From: Alphaproteobacteria bacterium
Lineage (GTDB): Bacteria; Pseudomonadota; Alphaproteobacteria; MPNO01; UBA830
Length of the DNA stretch: 64,000 nt
Assembly (NCBI GenBank): GCA_965243135.1
Contig: OZ251539.1
Span: 2,848,001-2,912,000, forward strand
Direction of reading: 5' to 3'
The notes beneath the pieces were generated by a model. The model saw only the letters and a list, made by a program, of their open reading frames with translations, was not told where the DNA came from and did not search any database. Position numbers and translations under genes: made by a program. Shown here one piece after another: positions 20,221 through 30,259 of this stretch (position 1 is the first letter of the stretch; every line of letters begins with the position of its first letter).

Positions 20221-20488
20221 ATGGTTTCATTTGCCTCTACAATGGTTACGCCCTGAAAAGAAAAAAGGATTGCTTGCTTTTCCGGGCGCCTGATTGTAGA
20301 TAGCGGAATCGTCCCAGGATGTCACGGACGGCCCGGCCGGGAGTCGTCTTGTAGATTCCCCGCCTGTCGGAAAGTCTCTTGACATGCGCCGTAAAGGAAT
20401 GTATATACAGCATATTCGCGAGGAAGGGAACCGCTGCCGGCAGGCTTATATATCGACAGGGCGAAGGATGGGTTGTCCACACCAGATT

Positions 20489-21160
20489 TTTGATGCGACC
20501 GACCGACAGTGGGTCTTGCTGCTGGCAATGACCCTCGGGCAGCGGGACGAGGCGATTCGGCAGCGGGACGAGGCGCGCCAGGAAGCGGAGGCGTCGCGCT
20601 GGAAGGAGGTAAGCGCTCGTCAGCAGGCGACGTTCTGGAAAACGCAGCACCGCCGGGCGCGGGCGCGTGCAGAGGCGGCGCGCAACGAGCTGAAACGCCT
20701 GAAGTCCGTCTCTTCGGTGAACGAGCTCAAGCGGGAAGCGGGCCGCCTTCGGCACGAGCTTGAGAGCAACACATTCTTCGACGACGCGAGGCGGCAACTC
20801 GACGACCTGCGAGGCGCCGCAGTGCAAGCCGTTGCAGTCCTTGCTGCGTCAAGGCTTGGAGGTCTTCGTCGACAGCCGTGCCGATGGACAACAACCTTGC
20901 CGAGCGCGCCCTGCGCGGCGCGGCTGTTGGGCGCAAGCTCTCGTTCGGCTCGTTCAGCGAGGCGGGCGCGCAACTGACCGGGCTGCTCTTCTCCGTGTAC
21001 GCTTGAACTGGCCGGCCTCTCGCCGCACCACTGGCTCCGCGATTATCTGCAAGCCTGCGCCGAACATGGCGGACGAGCGCCCGAAGAGGCGCATGCCTGG
21101 CTTCCCTGGGGCGCCGACCCGAAGCGCGTCCGCACCTGGCGCGCCGCGGCTCCGCAGGGG
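20489..21160 (+). pseudogene. IS66 transposase TnpC remnant with large internal deletion
   Basis: N-terminal coiled coil joined to C-terminal GLEVFVD..PMDNNLAERALRGAAVGRKLSFGS; frameshifted. Confidence 0.8.
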
Positions 21161-21960
21161 CCATGAGCTCTGCGGGCGGGCCGAGGACGAACTCAACCTG
21201 ATTCGCGACCGCGCAATGGAACCCGCCTCTCAAACGCACGCCCCTTTCACGCGTGCGAGCGTCTCGACTGGCGCAAACCCAACGGCGGCGTCAAAGACAT
21301 GAGCGCCCGCGTCGCCCTGTTGCGGATGGAACGCGACGGCCTCTGCCGCCGTCGCAGGTCCGCCCGCGTTCGCCGCTCCGCCGTCTCCCGAAACCGAACC
21401 GCCCCCGTTCCCAACTCCCGACCGTCTCGACCAGGTCCGTCCGCTGCGCACCGAACCCGTCCGCAACGCCAGCGAGGGCCGTCTCTGGAACGCCTTCCCG
21501 CTACCTCGGCTTTACGCCCATGCCCGGCGCACAGCACTTCGTCCGCTCCGCAGAGGGCGAACCGCTGGCCGCGCTCGGCTTCGGCGCCGCCGCGTGGAAG
21601 ATTGCGCCACGGGACAAGCTGATCGGTTGGGACCTCGAATGCCGCGGCCGCAATCTGCCCTTCGTCGTCAACAACGCAAGGTTCCTCCCCTGGGTCAGAA
21701 TCAAACGCCTTGCATCCCATGTCCTCGCACAGGTCGAGCAACGTTTGCCCGACGACTGGGACCGCCGCTACGCTCTGCGTCCCGTACTGCTCGAGACCTT
21801 CTGCGAAACGCAGCGATGGAACCTGCTACCGTGCGGCCAACTGGATCCGGGTCGGCAAAACGCAGGGCCGCGGCAAACTCGACGTGAAAAACGAGTATGC
21901 GCTGCCGGTCAAGGATGTTGAAGCCCCTGCGGCGGGACTGGAAAAAGATCCTCAATCGCA
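21160..21960 (+). pseudogene. DUF4338 (DruA-like domain) protein, eroded
   Basis: KDMSARVALLRMERDG, YLGFTPMPGAQ, LGFGAAAWKIAPRDKLIGW, VVNNARFL, LASHVL, PVLLETF, GTCYRAANWIRVGKTQGRG. Confidence 0.8.
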
Positions 21961-21989
21961 GACCATCACCCGGGTAGCGAACACTTACG

Positions 21990-22375
21990 CCGAAGGTGCG
22001 CCCACAGGTGTGGAACACGATGCTGGAGGAGGAGCATCCGTGTGGTGCGGTGCCGGTCCGTTGGTCGGTTGTCAGTTACGGAACCTGGTGGGGTCGGCGC
22101 ATGGCTGGCTGAGGGCTGTCGGGTTCGCGGCCTCTGCGCACAAGCTCGAGTGCCGCGCCCTTCGGCTGGGACGACGCGGGAAGGTGCGCAGAGAACTCGT
22201 GTGGCAGCGTCTGGAGGTCGAACGTTCCTCGGTGCGCAACGGCGCCCGAGATCGGAAGGCCCGCGACGCACGGGTCGCTCTGCGCTGGTGTACGGTGGAC
22301 CTGCCGGTACAGGTGCGGAAAGAGGAACCGGCTTCCCTTTCCGCACTAGCGCAGGTCTCCCACGCTGCAAGAACG
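21990..22375 (+). pseudogene. Fragment of DUF4338-fused IS4-family transposase
   Basis: WNTMLEEEH..GAGPLVGCQLRNLVGSAHGWLRAVGFAASAHKLECR matches 54620-54780. Confidence 0.6.
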
Positions 22376-22552
22376 AAGTGCACCACCTGATCGCGCCGCC
22401 GCCGATTGAGGAACTTCTCGTCCGCGCAGTGCGCCTGAAAAAAGCGCTTGCCCAAGTCTAGCCCGACCATGCTAATATCTTCCATGGATGCTCCCCTCGT
22501 CTGTGGTTCATGGCGTGCCGCAAGAGGTGGGGGGGGGGGGGGTCCATCCTAC
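22376..22552 (-). mobile_element. IS110/IS1111-family left end and transposase N-terminal fragment
   Basis: MEDISMVGLDLGKRFFQAH from 22485; short upstream non-coding end (ATGGACCCCC..GAGGGGAGCATCCATG on minus) containing a G14 run at 22529-22542. Confidence 0.65.
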
Positions 22553-22818
22553 CGGAGTTGATAGGGGAAGTTCAAAACGGTCTCGACAGGCGGCGGGACA
22601 GCAAGGCGAATCCGAGAACGGTTCGGCTGAGGGAGGCGTTCATTGCCAAGCGCTGCTCGCGAGGAGGCGGTAGCGGTGCGAGAGTGCGAGAGTTTCCACC
22701 TTGACTTTCGGTGCTCTGTTTGCCACCATGCTGTCCTCTGAAGCGAGGTTGCAACTATTGCGCGAATTTCTTGATCAGGACGTCAGTAAAAAATCCTTAA
22801 GGATATCAGGATAAGGTA

Positions 22819-24909
22819 ATGATGGTCATGGTGAAGAATCGGATGATTTTTACTGCTGCTAGAATTGTATACGGTTGCTTTTTTTTGGTCTTTTTCAGCC
22901 AAGTTTCTCTAGCTAACATCATTTCAGAAAAGAGATGGCCTGCGTTTCAAAAGGATTTTCGAAATATTTACGAATTGATCGTATCTCGCGATCCCGTTGT
23001 ATCTTCTGTGTTTAACATATTCCTCATAGGGAATACGCTATTCTATGTGAAAGAACCGTGCGAGTTTGCGGACGTTGACGCGAAAATGATTTTACATATT
23101 ATTCCGTCCAATAAAGAAGATCTTCCTGAGCATAGAAAAAATTATAGTTTTGACAATTTGGACTTTGATTTCATAAGCAAGGGGATGATGTTCTCTGGCA
23201 AGTGCATAACCGCATCCGGTCCGCTTCCCGATTATGACATCTCGGCTATCCGTATCGGCCAATATATTCCCGGGAATGAAAAACCGGTTTGGGTTAAAGA
23301 ATTCGCTTTCCCGGACAAAGACAGCGAGGACGAGAAGAAACTAAACACGCATTTGTACTCTCTAGGGGTAACGGAAATAAAATTAAAAAAATTTAACGGT
23401 GTGGGGGGAGCAATAGAAAAATTTGGCGATAACTTATTGCTAGCTACTCCGGACGGGAGCTTTGCTTTGGTTCACGCAGATGGTACGGTGCGGTATCTTG
23501 ACGAGAGAGTTCCAATGGGGCTGGAGGACGTCAAACAGAATACTACTTATCTTGAGGATTATCCGGCGCATCGCCGGCTTCGAGTGAGTGATATTCTTGT
23601 TCGACGACAATCACAAACGCAGTTTGACTTGTTCGTTACTCATCATTATTACACCGGGCGATGTGTTGTATTCAGATTATCGCAGGCGACTTTGCACTAT
23701 GAGAATAACGATATTCTTTTATCGCAGCCATTCAGGACGGTATTTGACGCATCTCCTTGCATCTCTCTGCCGTTCGACCCACATCAGTCAGGTGGGAAAA
23801 TAGTGGACGATAACGATTTTTTGTTGATTATCATCGGGGATCATGGACAGGATGGATGGCATAAAGAAGATCAATATGTCCTAGCAAACGACTTGCAATC
23901 TCAACATGGAAAACTTGTCCGTGTCGAAATCGAAACGGGAAAGGCGGAAACGCTGACAATTGGCCATAGAAATCCACAAGGGCTTGTAAGAGATCAAGAT
24001 GGAAACCTGTGGGCTGTAGAGCATGGACCACAGGGAGGCGACGAATTGAACCTGTTGTTGCCTAACAGAAATTATGGTTGGCCTTCAGTCACTTATGGTG
24101 TCGACTACGGTGGAAGAATACCCATCCGGTCGAATGCTAATGAGAAAGTTGGCTCGCACGATGGTTTTACAAGGCCGCATTACGCTTGGGTTCCATCGAT
24201 TGGTGTTGCCAGTATCGCAGTCAACAGAACCGAGAATTTTCCGTTATGGAAAGACGATTTGTTGATTACATCACTTGCGTCACCAGCGGGTGGTGATCTA
24301 TTCCGAGTTAGGCGTCATGGACGTAATATACAATATGTAGAGCGGATCAAAATCTCGGAAAGAATTCGGGATATTGCACATACGAGTGATGGTCGTATCG
24401 CGTTGCTCCTTGACAAATCGTCGATTATGTTTCTAGCACGATCCGACGATTACTGTCACGAGAAGTTCCGACGCAATCGAAGTGTTTATGCGCTACATTG
24501 TTGGGGAGCTTCCAACGACAACGCGGCGGCGAATATTCAGAAGGATGTGCGAAAATCCGCCAAACCTACCAAAATAGTGGATCTCCCAAGCGTAACGAGG
24601 CCTGCTGTTGGTGAACAGTTGTTCGGTACTCATTGCGGTACCTGTCATCGCCTGAACGAGGGAGAACATGATGTCGGTCCACACCTTCACGATGTGATCG
24701 GGCGTCGTGCTGGGGAAGTTGATGGCTATTTCAATTTTTCTCCTTTTCTTCAATTTTCGAATGTTATCTGGACGAAGGACAATCTTAAAAAATACATTGC
24801 TAGCCCACAGCGACTCATTCCGGGGACAACTATGCCTGCCTCGGACATTACTGAGAAAGAAGCAGATTCTATAGTTGAATTCCTGAGCAGGCTTAGCGAT
24901 GGACTTTAG
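22819..24909 (+). CDS. PQQ-dependent glucose/sorbosone dehydrogenase-like protein with C-terminal cytochrome c
   Basis: N-terminal hydrophobic signal; GHRNPQGL, EHGPQGGDELN, NYGWP motifs; CGTCH haem motif, GPHL, IPGTTM. Confidence 0.88.
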   Translation: MMVMVKNRMIFTAARIVYGCFFLVFFSQVSLANIISEKRWPAFQKDFRNIYELIVSRDPVVSSVFNIFLIGNTLFYVKEPCEFADVDAKMILHIIPSNKEDLPEHRKNYSFDNLDFDFISKGMMFSGKCITASGPLPDYDISAIRIGQYIPGNEKPVWVKEFAFPDKDSEDEKKLNTHLYSLGVTEIKLKKFNGVGGAIEKFGDNLLLATPDGSFALVHADGTVRYLDERVPMGLEDVKQNTTYLEDYPAHRRLRVSDILVRRQSQTQFDLFVTHHYYTGRCVVFRLSQATLHYENNDILLSQPFRTVFDASPCISLPFDPHQSGGKIVDDNDFLLIIIGDHGQDGWHKEDQYVLANDLQSQHGKLVRVEIETGKAETLTIGHRNPQGLVRDQDGNLWAVEHGPQGGDELNLLLPNRNYGWPSVTYGVDYGGRIPIRSNANEKVGSHDGFTRPHYAWVPSIGVASIAVNRTENFPLWKDDLLITSLASPAGGDLFRVRRHGRNIQYVERIKISERIRDIAHTSDGRIALLLDKSSIMFLARSDDYCHEKFRRNRSVYALHCWGASNDNAAANIQKDVRKSAKPTKIVDLPSVTRPAVGEQLFGTHCGTCHRLNEGEHDVGPHLHDVIGRRAGEVDGYFNFSPFLQFSNVIWTKDNLKKYIASPQRLIPGTTMPASDITEKEADSIVEFLSRLSDGL

Positions 24910-25900
24910 AAACAACTCGTGTTTCCTCTCCGTTGTCGTCCCCTGCTTCAATGAGGAAGAGGTCGTCCGCGAAACCCATCGCCGTCTCGTCGGCGCGCTT
25001 GCGGGTATCTCTAACCTGGATTTCGAAATCGTCTATGTGGACGACGGCAGCCGCGACAGCACGCTGGATATCCTGCGGGAGCTCAGAACCGCCGATTCGC
25101 ATGTGCGGGTCATCGCGTTGTCGCGTAATTTTGGGCACCAGATCGCCTTGACAGCCGGTTTGGCCGAGGCTGCCGGCGATGCGGTCGCCGTCATCGATGC
25201 AGACCTTCAGGATCCGCCCGAAGTTATCCCGGAGATGGTGGCGCGCTGGCGCCAAGGCGTCGACGTCGTTTACGGCGTGCGCGACGAACGCGAGGACGAG
25301 ACCGCCTTCAAACGTTGGACCGCCAAGGCATTCTACAGGCTTCTCAACCGCGTCGCTGACATCTCCATCCCGCTCGACACCGGTGACTTCCGGCTGATGG
25401 ATCGCCGGGTAGTCGATGCGTTCCTCAACATGCCGGAACGCGACCGCCTCGTGCGCGGCATGGTCGCCTGGATAGGCTTTCGCCAGGAGCCCGTTCACTA
25501 CCGCAGGGCGCCCCGGTTGGCGGGGAAGACGAAATACCCGTTGAGGAAGATGCTGCGCTTGGCCACGGACGGCATTCTGTCTTTCTCCCTCGCTCCGCTG
25601 CATCTGGCGACTTGGCTCGGCTTCCTCGTCGCGGGGCTGGCTCTGAGCGGGATCATATATGCCCTCTTCCTCCGTTTGACCACTGACTTATGGGTCAGCG
25701 GCTGGACGCTGCTCTTCATCGCCATCCTATTTCTCGGAGGGGTGCAGCTCATGCTTGTCGGCGTGCTTGGAGAGTATCTGGGCCGCGTTTACGCGGAAGT
25801 GAAACGCCGCCCGCTCTATCTGGTTCGAGAACGGCTCGGTCGCGCTCCCGCAAGCCATCGAGCGGCGGCGCGGGACGAACCGGCACCGGCGGATGAGTAA
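24899..25900 (+). CDS. GtrB-like polyprenyl-phosphate glycosyltransferase (GT2)
   Basis: SVVVPCFNEE, VDDGSRD, LSRNFGHQ, DADLQDPP, GDFRLMDR; two C-terminal TM helices; GEYLGR..KRRPLY. Confidence 0.93.
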   Translation: MDFRNNSCFLSVVVPCFNEEEVVRETHRRLVGALAGISNLDFEIVYVDDGSRDSTLDILRELRTADSHVRVIALSRNFGHQIALTAGLAEAAGDAVAVIDADLQDPPEVIPEMVARWRQGVDVVYGVRDEREDETAFKRWTAKAFYRLLNRVADISIPLDTGDFRLMDRRVVDAFLNMPERDRLVRGMVAWIGFRQEPVHYRRAPRLAGKTKYPLRKMLRLATDGILSFSLAPLHLATWLGFLVAGLALSGIIYALFLRLTTDLWVSGWTLLFIAILFLGGVQLMLVGVLGEYLGRVYAEVKRRPLYLVRERLGRAPASHRAAARDEPAPADE

Positions 25901-26882
25901 AGGTCGGTGGCTGAAACTCGCCGTGGGCTGTGCTGCGACCACGGGTTTCGCGTGGCTGTTCGCCATCGAACTGGACGTGGACTCGTTGGGTCGGGCGTTC
26001 GCCGGCCTGTCGGCGCTAGCCATCGTCCTCGCCTTGGCCTGCATCGCCATCGGTGTCGCGGTACGCCTCGTGCGCTGGTGGTGGATGCTGCGTGCGCTGG
26101 AGCCGGGCCTACCGGTCGGTGCCTGCATCCGCCCATTCCTTGCTAGTATGGCTGTCAACAACGTGCTGCCGTTCCGGGCCGGCGACATGCTTCGAGTCGT
26201 TGGGTTCCGTCGGCAGCTCCGGTCTCCGGCCACGCGGACGCTCGGAACGCTCGTGATCGAGCGTGCCTTGGATGTGGTCGTCCTGTCGGGTTTTTTTTTC
26301 GTCTGCTTGCTCGGGTTGCCGAACGATGCCCTACCTCGTGGAATCGTAGTTGCGGCGATATGGCTGGCTAGTGCGGGCGCGGCTGCGATACTCGCTTCGA
26401 TGCTGCTCCTGCCCTTGTTCGAGCGTTTCCGGTGGCACCTGCCCGGACGCAGATTCCTTGCGGCACGGCGCTGGGCGGGGGTGGTCTCTAGGCATGGCGC
26501 GCATCTGATCGGGGCGCTCAGCCTCATGCGCTCGCTGCCAAGGTCGCTCGTGCTTGGCGTGTTGTCGGTGGCCGCCTGGCTCTGCGAGGGTGCTGCCTTC
26601 GCTATCGTGGCTACCGCACTCGGGGCAGATGCCAAACCACTCGGTCCATGGTTGTCGCTCTCTGCAGGTTCGCTGGCGACGGCCATCCCTAGTGCGCCGG
26701 GCTATGTTGGAACCTTTGATTATTTTGCCGCCCAAGGCCTCGCTGCCTACGGCGCGGCTCCCGAAACCGCTGCCGCTTTCGCGCTGACCATACATGTGCT
26801 ATTGTGGGCACCGTTAACTGTCGTAGGACTTCTTCTTCTGCTTTTCCACAGAAGCCGCCAAGGGTACGGTTCCGATGAGTGA
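25893..26882 (+). CDS. Lysylphosphatidylglycerol synthase TM-domain / putative flippase (UPF0104-like)
   Basis: RW, NNVLPFRAGDMLR, ERALD, IPSAPGYVGTFD motifs; polytopic. Confidence 0.85.
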   Translation: MSKGRWLKLAVGCAATTGFAWLFAIELDVDSLGRAFAGLSALAIVLALACIAIGVAVRLVRWWWMLRALEPGLPVGACIRPFLASMAVNNVLPFRAGDMLRVVGFRRQLRSPATRTLGTLVIERALDVVVLSGFFFVCLLGLPNDALPRGIVVAAIWLASAGAAAILASMLLLPLFERFRWHLPGRRFLAARRWAGVVSRHGAHLIGALSLMRSLPRSLVLGVLSVAAWLCEGAAFAIVATALGADAKPLGPWLSLSAGSLATAIPSAPGYVGTFDYFAAQGLAAYGAAPETAAAFALTIHVLLWAPLTVVGLLLLLFHRSRQGYGSDE

Positions 26883-28767
26883 ATACGAAGAAAACAACCA
26901 AGGAGACAAACAGGGAAGAATCGTTAAGGCTGTTGCAAAATTTCGTTCGACTTCGTTTGAAAACTGGTTATCCGTATCGGTTTTTTTGGGGTGCTTTTTT
27001 CTTCTCTTAGCGACAACCTACTATATTACACCCATTGTTCTTCTACATGACGGCTCCTACAATTTTCAGGTCGTCGATTCATTAGTAAAGGGCGAGGGTT
27101 ATGCTAGCTACGGAGCGTTACGGGGAGGCGGAAAATGGTTGTTCGATCCTCACGTAACTACCGGACCCGCCGTTCTCATTCCGCTATCCCTCGTCTGGTA
27201 CGTTACAGGAAAAAGCATTCTTGCAATACATATAACTCTTGCCTTCACTCTTTGGTTGTATGCGGTCGGTTTGTTCTTCGTGCTCAGAAATTGGAGCGCT
27301 GAATCTGCTCTTCTGCCCGCTGCTTTGGCGACCGGCGTTTCGCTATGTGCCGTTCCTAATGTAGTAGGCGAGATTTTGGGAGAAATTCCAGGAGCGGCAG
27401 CTATCGTTTGGGCTGCTTGGGCCGTCGGAAAAAACAAGCCTGCTGTTGCGGCGGTGTTCGCGGGCATTGCCGTACAAATGAAAGTCCTATTCGTAATTCC
27501 CGGAATATCTCTAATTCTGATCTATTTCGTATGGGATTTAATGAAAAACCATAGAATCCGAATTAAGAAAATTTTAACTTGTGGTTTGATTTTCATTTTG
27601 CCAACGCTTTTATTTGAGATATACCGTTTCTTCTCCGTTGGAAGTGTTGAAAACTACCTGCATTCCGTGGAAGAGTACCAATGGTTCACGGCCCAATATA
27701 GCGTCCATCATGTGGGAAAATGGTTTTCTCCCGAGGTAATCGGAGGAAAGCTATCCACACTCTACGAATCCCTCCATGATTTGGCTTGGATGGCGTGCGT
27801 CGTGTCTCTATTATTATGCTTGCCGATATTTATTTTCTCTTTGCGATTTAGAAAAAACTCTTATGAGCGTCAAGGTTCAGATAAAGAGGAACTCGTTCGT
27901 GCGGGTTTGGTCAGTTTGATGGTTGGCGGGTTAGCTATTGCCGTCATGTGGACGCAGATTAAAGTTGCGAATCACCGTCTTTCGATGGTCACTTTGTTGT
28001 TATTTATGCCAGCATTCATGGCGATCTGTGGATACAATTATATCCTACTGTTGAAATTTTTTAGGGTGAGGAAGAGTATAAAGATATGCTTACGAACGGT
28101 CCTTGCGTTGTGCGTCTCTCTTTTGATCTCAGCTCTTGTCGAGAAGGCCTTGACAGTTCGTCAAGATAGTTGGATTCGGACTGAATTATCTGTGGAACAA
28201 AGGCGGGTTTTTGATCTGATCGTCGCCGAACGGCCGACATCCTTATATGTGGACGGATGGCATCAGAACCCGAATTATTTGCTGTTGACCGGAATTCAAG
28301 GTATACCGGCGAAGACAGGCGAAAATCAGATTATGGTAATTCAAAAATATCAAACTAGGGAATTGAACAAAAGTTTTGAGAAATATAAAGACGAATGCAA
28401 CAATATACTGTATTTTTCAATGCTGACGCTCGTATGTCGGCTGCCAGATTACCATTTAATAGATGATGATTTGCACGTTATGGATTGGGGACCCCGAAAT
28501 ACTCTATCCGGCTTCGTTCCCAACAGAAACTTTGATGGCAGCATGGGTATTTGGGTGCGTGTCGACAAAGTGGATCGTAGGAGTTTCGGTCCGGTGCGGA
28601 TTTATTTTGCCGGATACCCGGCCATACACGGGCATTTCCGCGGAGGCGATATCGCCACAGGGGCTTTTCCTCCACGGCGAGTTCGGGAATCGGGGAAGTA
28701 CGAGGTGACGATCAAACAAACGGCGACGGGCCGCGTGTTTCATGTAGGATATTTTATCGTCGAGTAA
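26875..28767 (+). CDS. Polytopic membrane protein, probable GT-C fold glycosyltransferase
   Basis: About 10-11 TM segments, HDGSYN after TM1, FDPHVTTGP, GE motif; AT-rich; follows GtrB and flippase genes. Confidence 0.65.
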   Translation: MSEYEENNQGDKQGRIVKAVAKFRSTSFENWLSVSVFLGCFFLLLATTYYITPIVLLHDGSYNFQVVDSLVKGEGYASYGALRGGGKWLFDPHVTTGPAVLIPLSLVWYVTGKSILAIHITLAFTLWLYAVGLFFVLRNWSAESALLPAALATGVSLCAVPNVVGEILGEIPGAAAIVWAAWAVGKNKPAVAAVFAGIAVQMKVLFVIPGISLILIYFVWDLMKNHRIRIKKILTCGLIFILPTLLFEIYRFFSVGSVENYLHSVEEYQWFTAQYSVHHVGKWFSPEVIGGKLSTLYESLHDLAWMACVVSLLLCLPIFIFSLRFRKNSYERQGSDKEELVRAGLVSLMVGGLAIAVMWTQIKVANHRLSMVTLLLFMPAFMAICGYNYILLLKFFRVRKSIKICLRTVLALCVSLLISALVEKALTVRQDSWIRTELSVEQRRVFDLIVAERPTSLYVDGWHQNPNYLLLTGIQGIPAKTGENQIMVIQKYQTRELNKSFEKYKDECNNILYFSMLTLVCRLPDYHLIDDDLHVMDWGPRNTLSGFVPNRNFDGSMGIWVRVDKVDRRSFGPVRIYFAGYPAIHGHFRGGDIATGAFPPRRVRESGKYEVTIKQTATGRVFHVGYFIVE

Positions 28768-28861
28768 TGGCGCTTTTGTGTGTTTTGCGATGGTCTTTGG
28801 ATGTTGCCGGGGCTGCATGCGTGTGGCGTCGTTAATGCGAGGGTAAGGCGAGGAATCGGAG

Positions 28862-30259
28862 ATGAGAACTAGCGGTAACTATAAGATGATGTGCGAGGGT
28901 TCCGGACGGGAGGCACCCGGACCGCATGTCGCTGTCATCGGCGCTGGTTTCTGCGGCCTCGCTGCGGCATACGAGCTCGCCCTCCGGGGTGTTCGGGTCA
29001 CCGTTCTGGAACAGGACGCCGAGGTCGGCGGGCTGGCCGGTAGTTTCATCGCTGGCGGAGCGCGGCTGGAAAAATTCTATCACCATTGGTTTACCAGCGA
29101 CCACCACATCATGCATCTCATTGCCGAACTAGGCTTGTCAGATCGTGTCTTGGAACGTCCCACACGCACCGGTATGTACTACGCCCACAACTTCTTTAAG
29201 CTCTCGACGCCCGCCGACCTGTTGCGCTTTTCTCCGCTGTCCTTAGGGAGCCGTCTCCGGCTAGGACTTCTGGCACTGCGGGCACGTCGGGTTCAGGACT
29301 GGCGGGCACTCGAAGACATCACAGCCGCTGACTGGTTGCGGCGCCTCGGCGGGGAGTGCGTCTGGCGGGTTGTCTGGGAGCCCCTGCTGCGGGGCAAGTT
29401 CGGCGACTTGGCGGAGGAAGTGGCAGCAGTCTGGTTCTGGAACAAACTCAAGCTGCGTGGTTCGAGCCGCGGCAATGGCGGCGAGGAACGGCTTGCCTAT
29501 TTCCGCGGCGGCTTCGCCGCTCTCGCCGACGCCCTCTCGGATGCTGTCCGCGCTCGCGGCGGAGAGGTGAGGATCGGGTTCCGGGCGACGGGCTTGAGGG
29601 TGGAGGATGGACGCGTCGCCGGGATCATCGGGCCGGACGGAACCGTCACCGCCGACGCGGTGATCGCGACGCCAGCGTTGCCGGTCGTCTCGGCCCTCGT
29701 CGAACCGCATGTGCCGCCAAGTTACACTGCGCGCCTGCGGCGCATCCGCTATCTCGCCAATGTCTGCATCGTCTTGGAACTGAACCGCAGCCTGTCGGAC
29801 CTGTACTGGCTGAACGTCAACGACCCGGATTTCCCCTTCGTGGGGGTGATCGAACACACGAATTTCGAGCCCGCGTCGAGCTATGGCGGGCGGCACATAG
29901 CATATCTCTCAAAGTATCTGCCGGAGACCGATCCGTTCTACCGAATGCCGAACGGCGAGGCGGTCGACTTCGCGCTCGGCCATCTGCGCCGGATGTTTCC
30001 ACGGCTGACGGACAATCAAGTCCTGGCTGCCCATGTCTGGCATGCCCGCTATGCGCAGCCCGTAGTGGAGTGCGGCTACAGTCGATTGATTCCTGATACG
30101 AAAACTCCTCTGCCGGGCTTGTTCTTGGCTACCATGGCACAAATTTATCCAGAAGACCGGGGGACAAATTACGCTGTCCAGCAAGGGCGGAACACCGCTC
30201 GAATATGTGCCGAGGAACTCGGGGCCGCAGACGGCAACCGTTCCCACCGTTCAGTTTGA
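28862..30259 (+). CDS. FAD-dependent oxidoreductase (amine oxidase / protoporphyrinogen oxidase-like)
   Basis: VAVIGAGFCGLAAA Rossmann motif, GGLA, LEKFYHHWF, QIYPEDRGTNYAV. Confidence 0.88.
   Translation: MRTSGNYKMMCEGSGREAPGPHVAVIGAGFCGLAAAYELALRGVRVTVLEQDAEVGGLAGSFIAGGARLEKFYHHWFTSDHHIMHLIAELGLSDRVLERPTRTGMYYAHNFFKLSTPADLLRFSPLSLGSRLRLGLLALRARRVQDWRALEDITAADWLRRLGGECVWRVVWEPLLRGKFGDLAEEVAAVWFWNKLKLRGSSRGNGGEERLAYFRGGFAALADALSDAVRARGGEVRIGFRATGLRVEDGRVAGIIGPDGTVTADAVIATPALPVVSALVEPHVPPSYTARLRRIRYLANVCIVLELNRSLSDLYWLNVNDPDFPFVGVIEHTNFEPASSYGGRHIAYLSKYLPETDPFYRMPNGEAVDFALGHLRRMFPRLTDNQVLAAHVWHARYAQPVVECGYSRLIPDTKTPLPGLFLATMAQIYPEDRGTNYAVQQGRNTARICAEELGAADGNRSHRSV

Larger units (their letters stand above)
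5827..20488. mobile_element. Integrative mobilizable element (~14.6 kb)
   Basis: Integrases at one end, MobF relaxase and RHH genes at the other; direct repeats TATATCG (5827, 20449) and ACACCAGATT (5851, 20479) at both junctions; no T4SS or coupling protein inside. Confidence 0.75.
5758..21988 (+). mobile_element. IS66-family element (left end 5758; tnpC and DUF4338 remnants; right IR 21988), split by an integrative element
   Basis: Left end GTAAGCGTTCGCTGCCCGGG at 5758; right end CCCGGGTAGCGAACACTTAC at 21969-21988; the copy at 39589 shows the left end running directly into sequence matching 20485-20525. Confidence 0.7.

Noticed and set aside
21160-21960. Druantia defence system
   Set aside because: Only eroded DUF4338 domains within IS ends; no DruE-like helicase or other dru genes.
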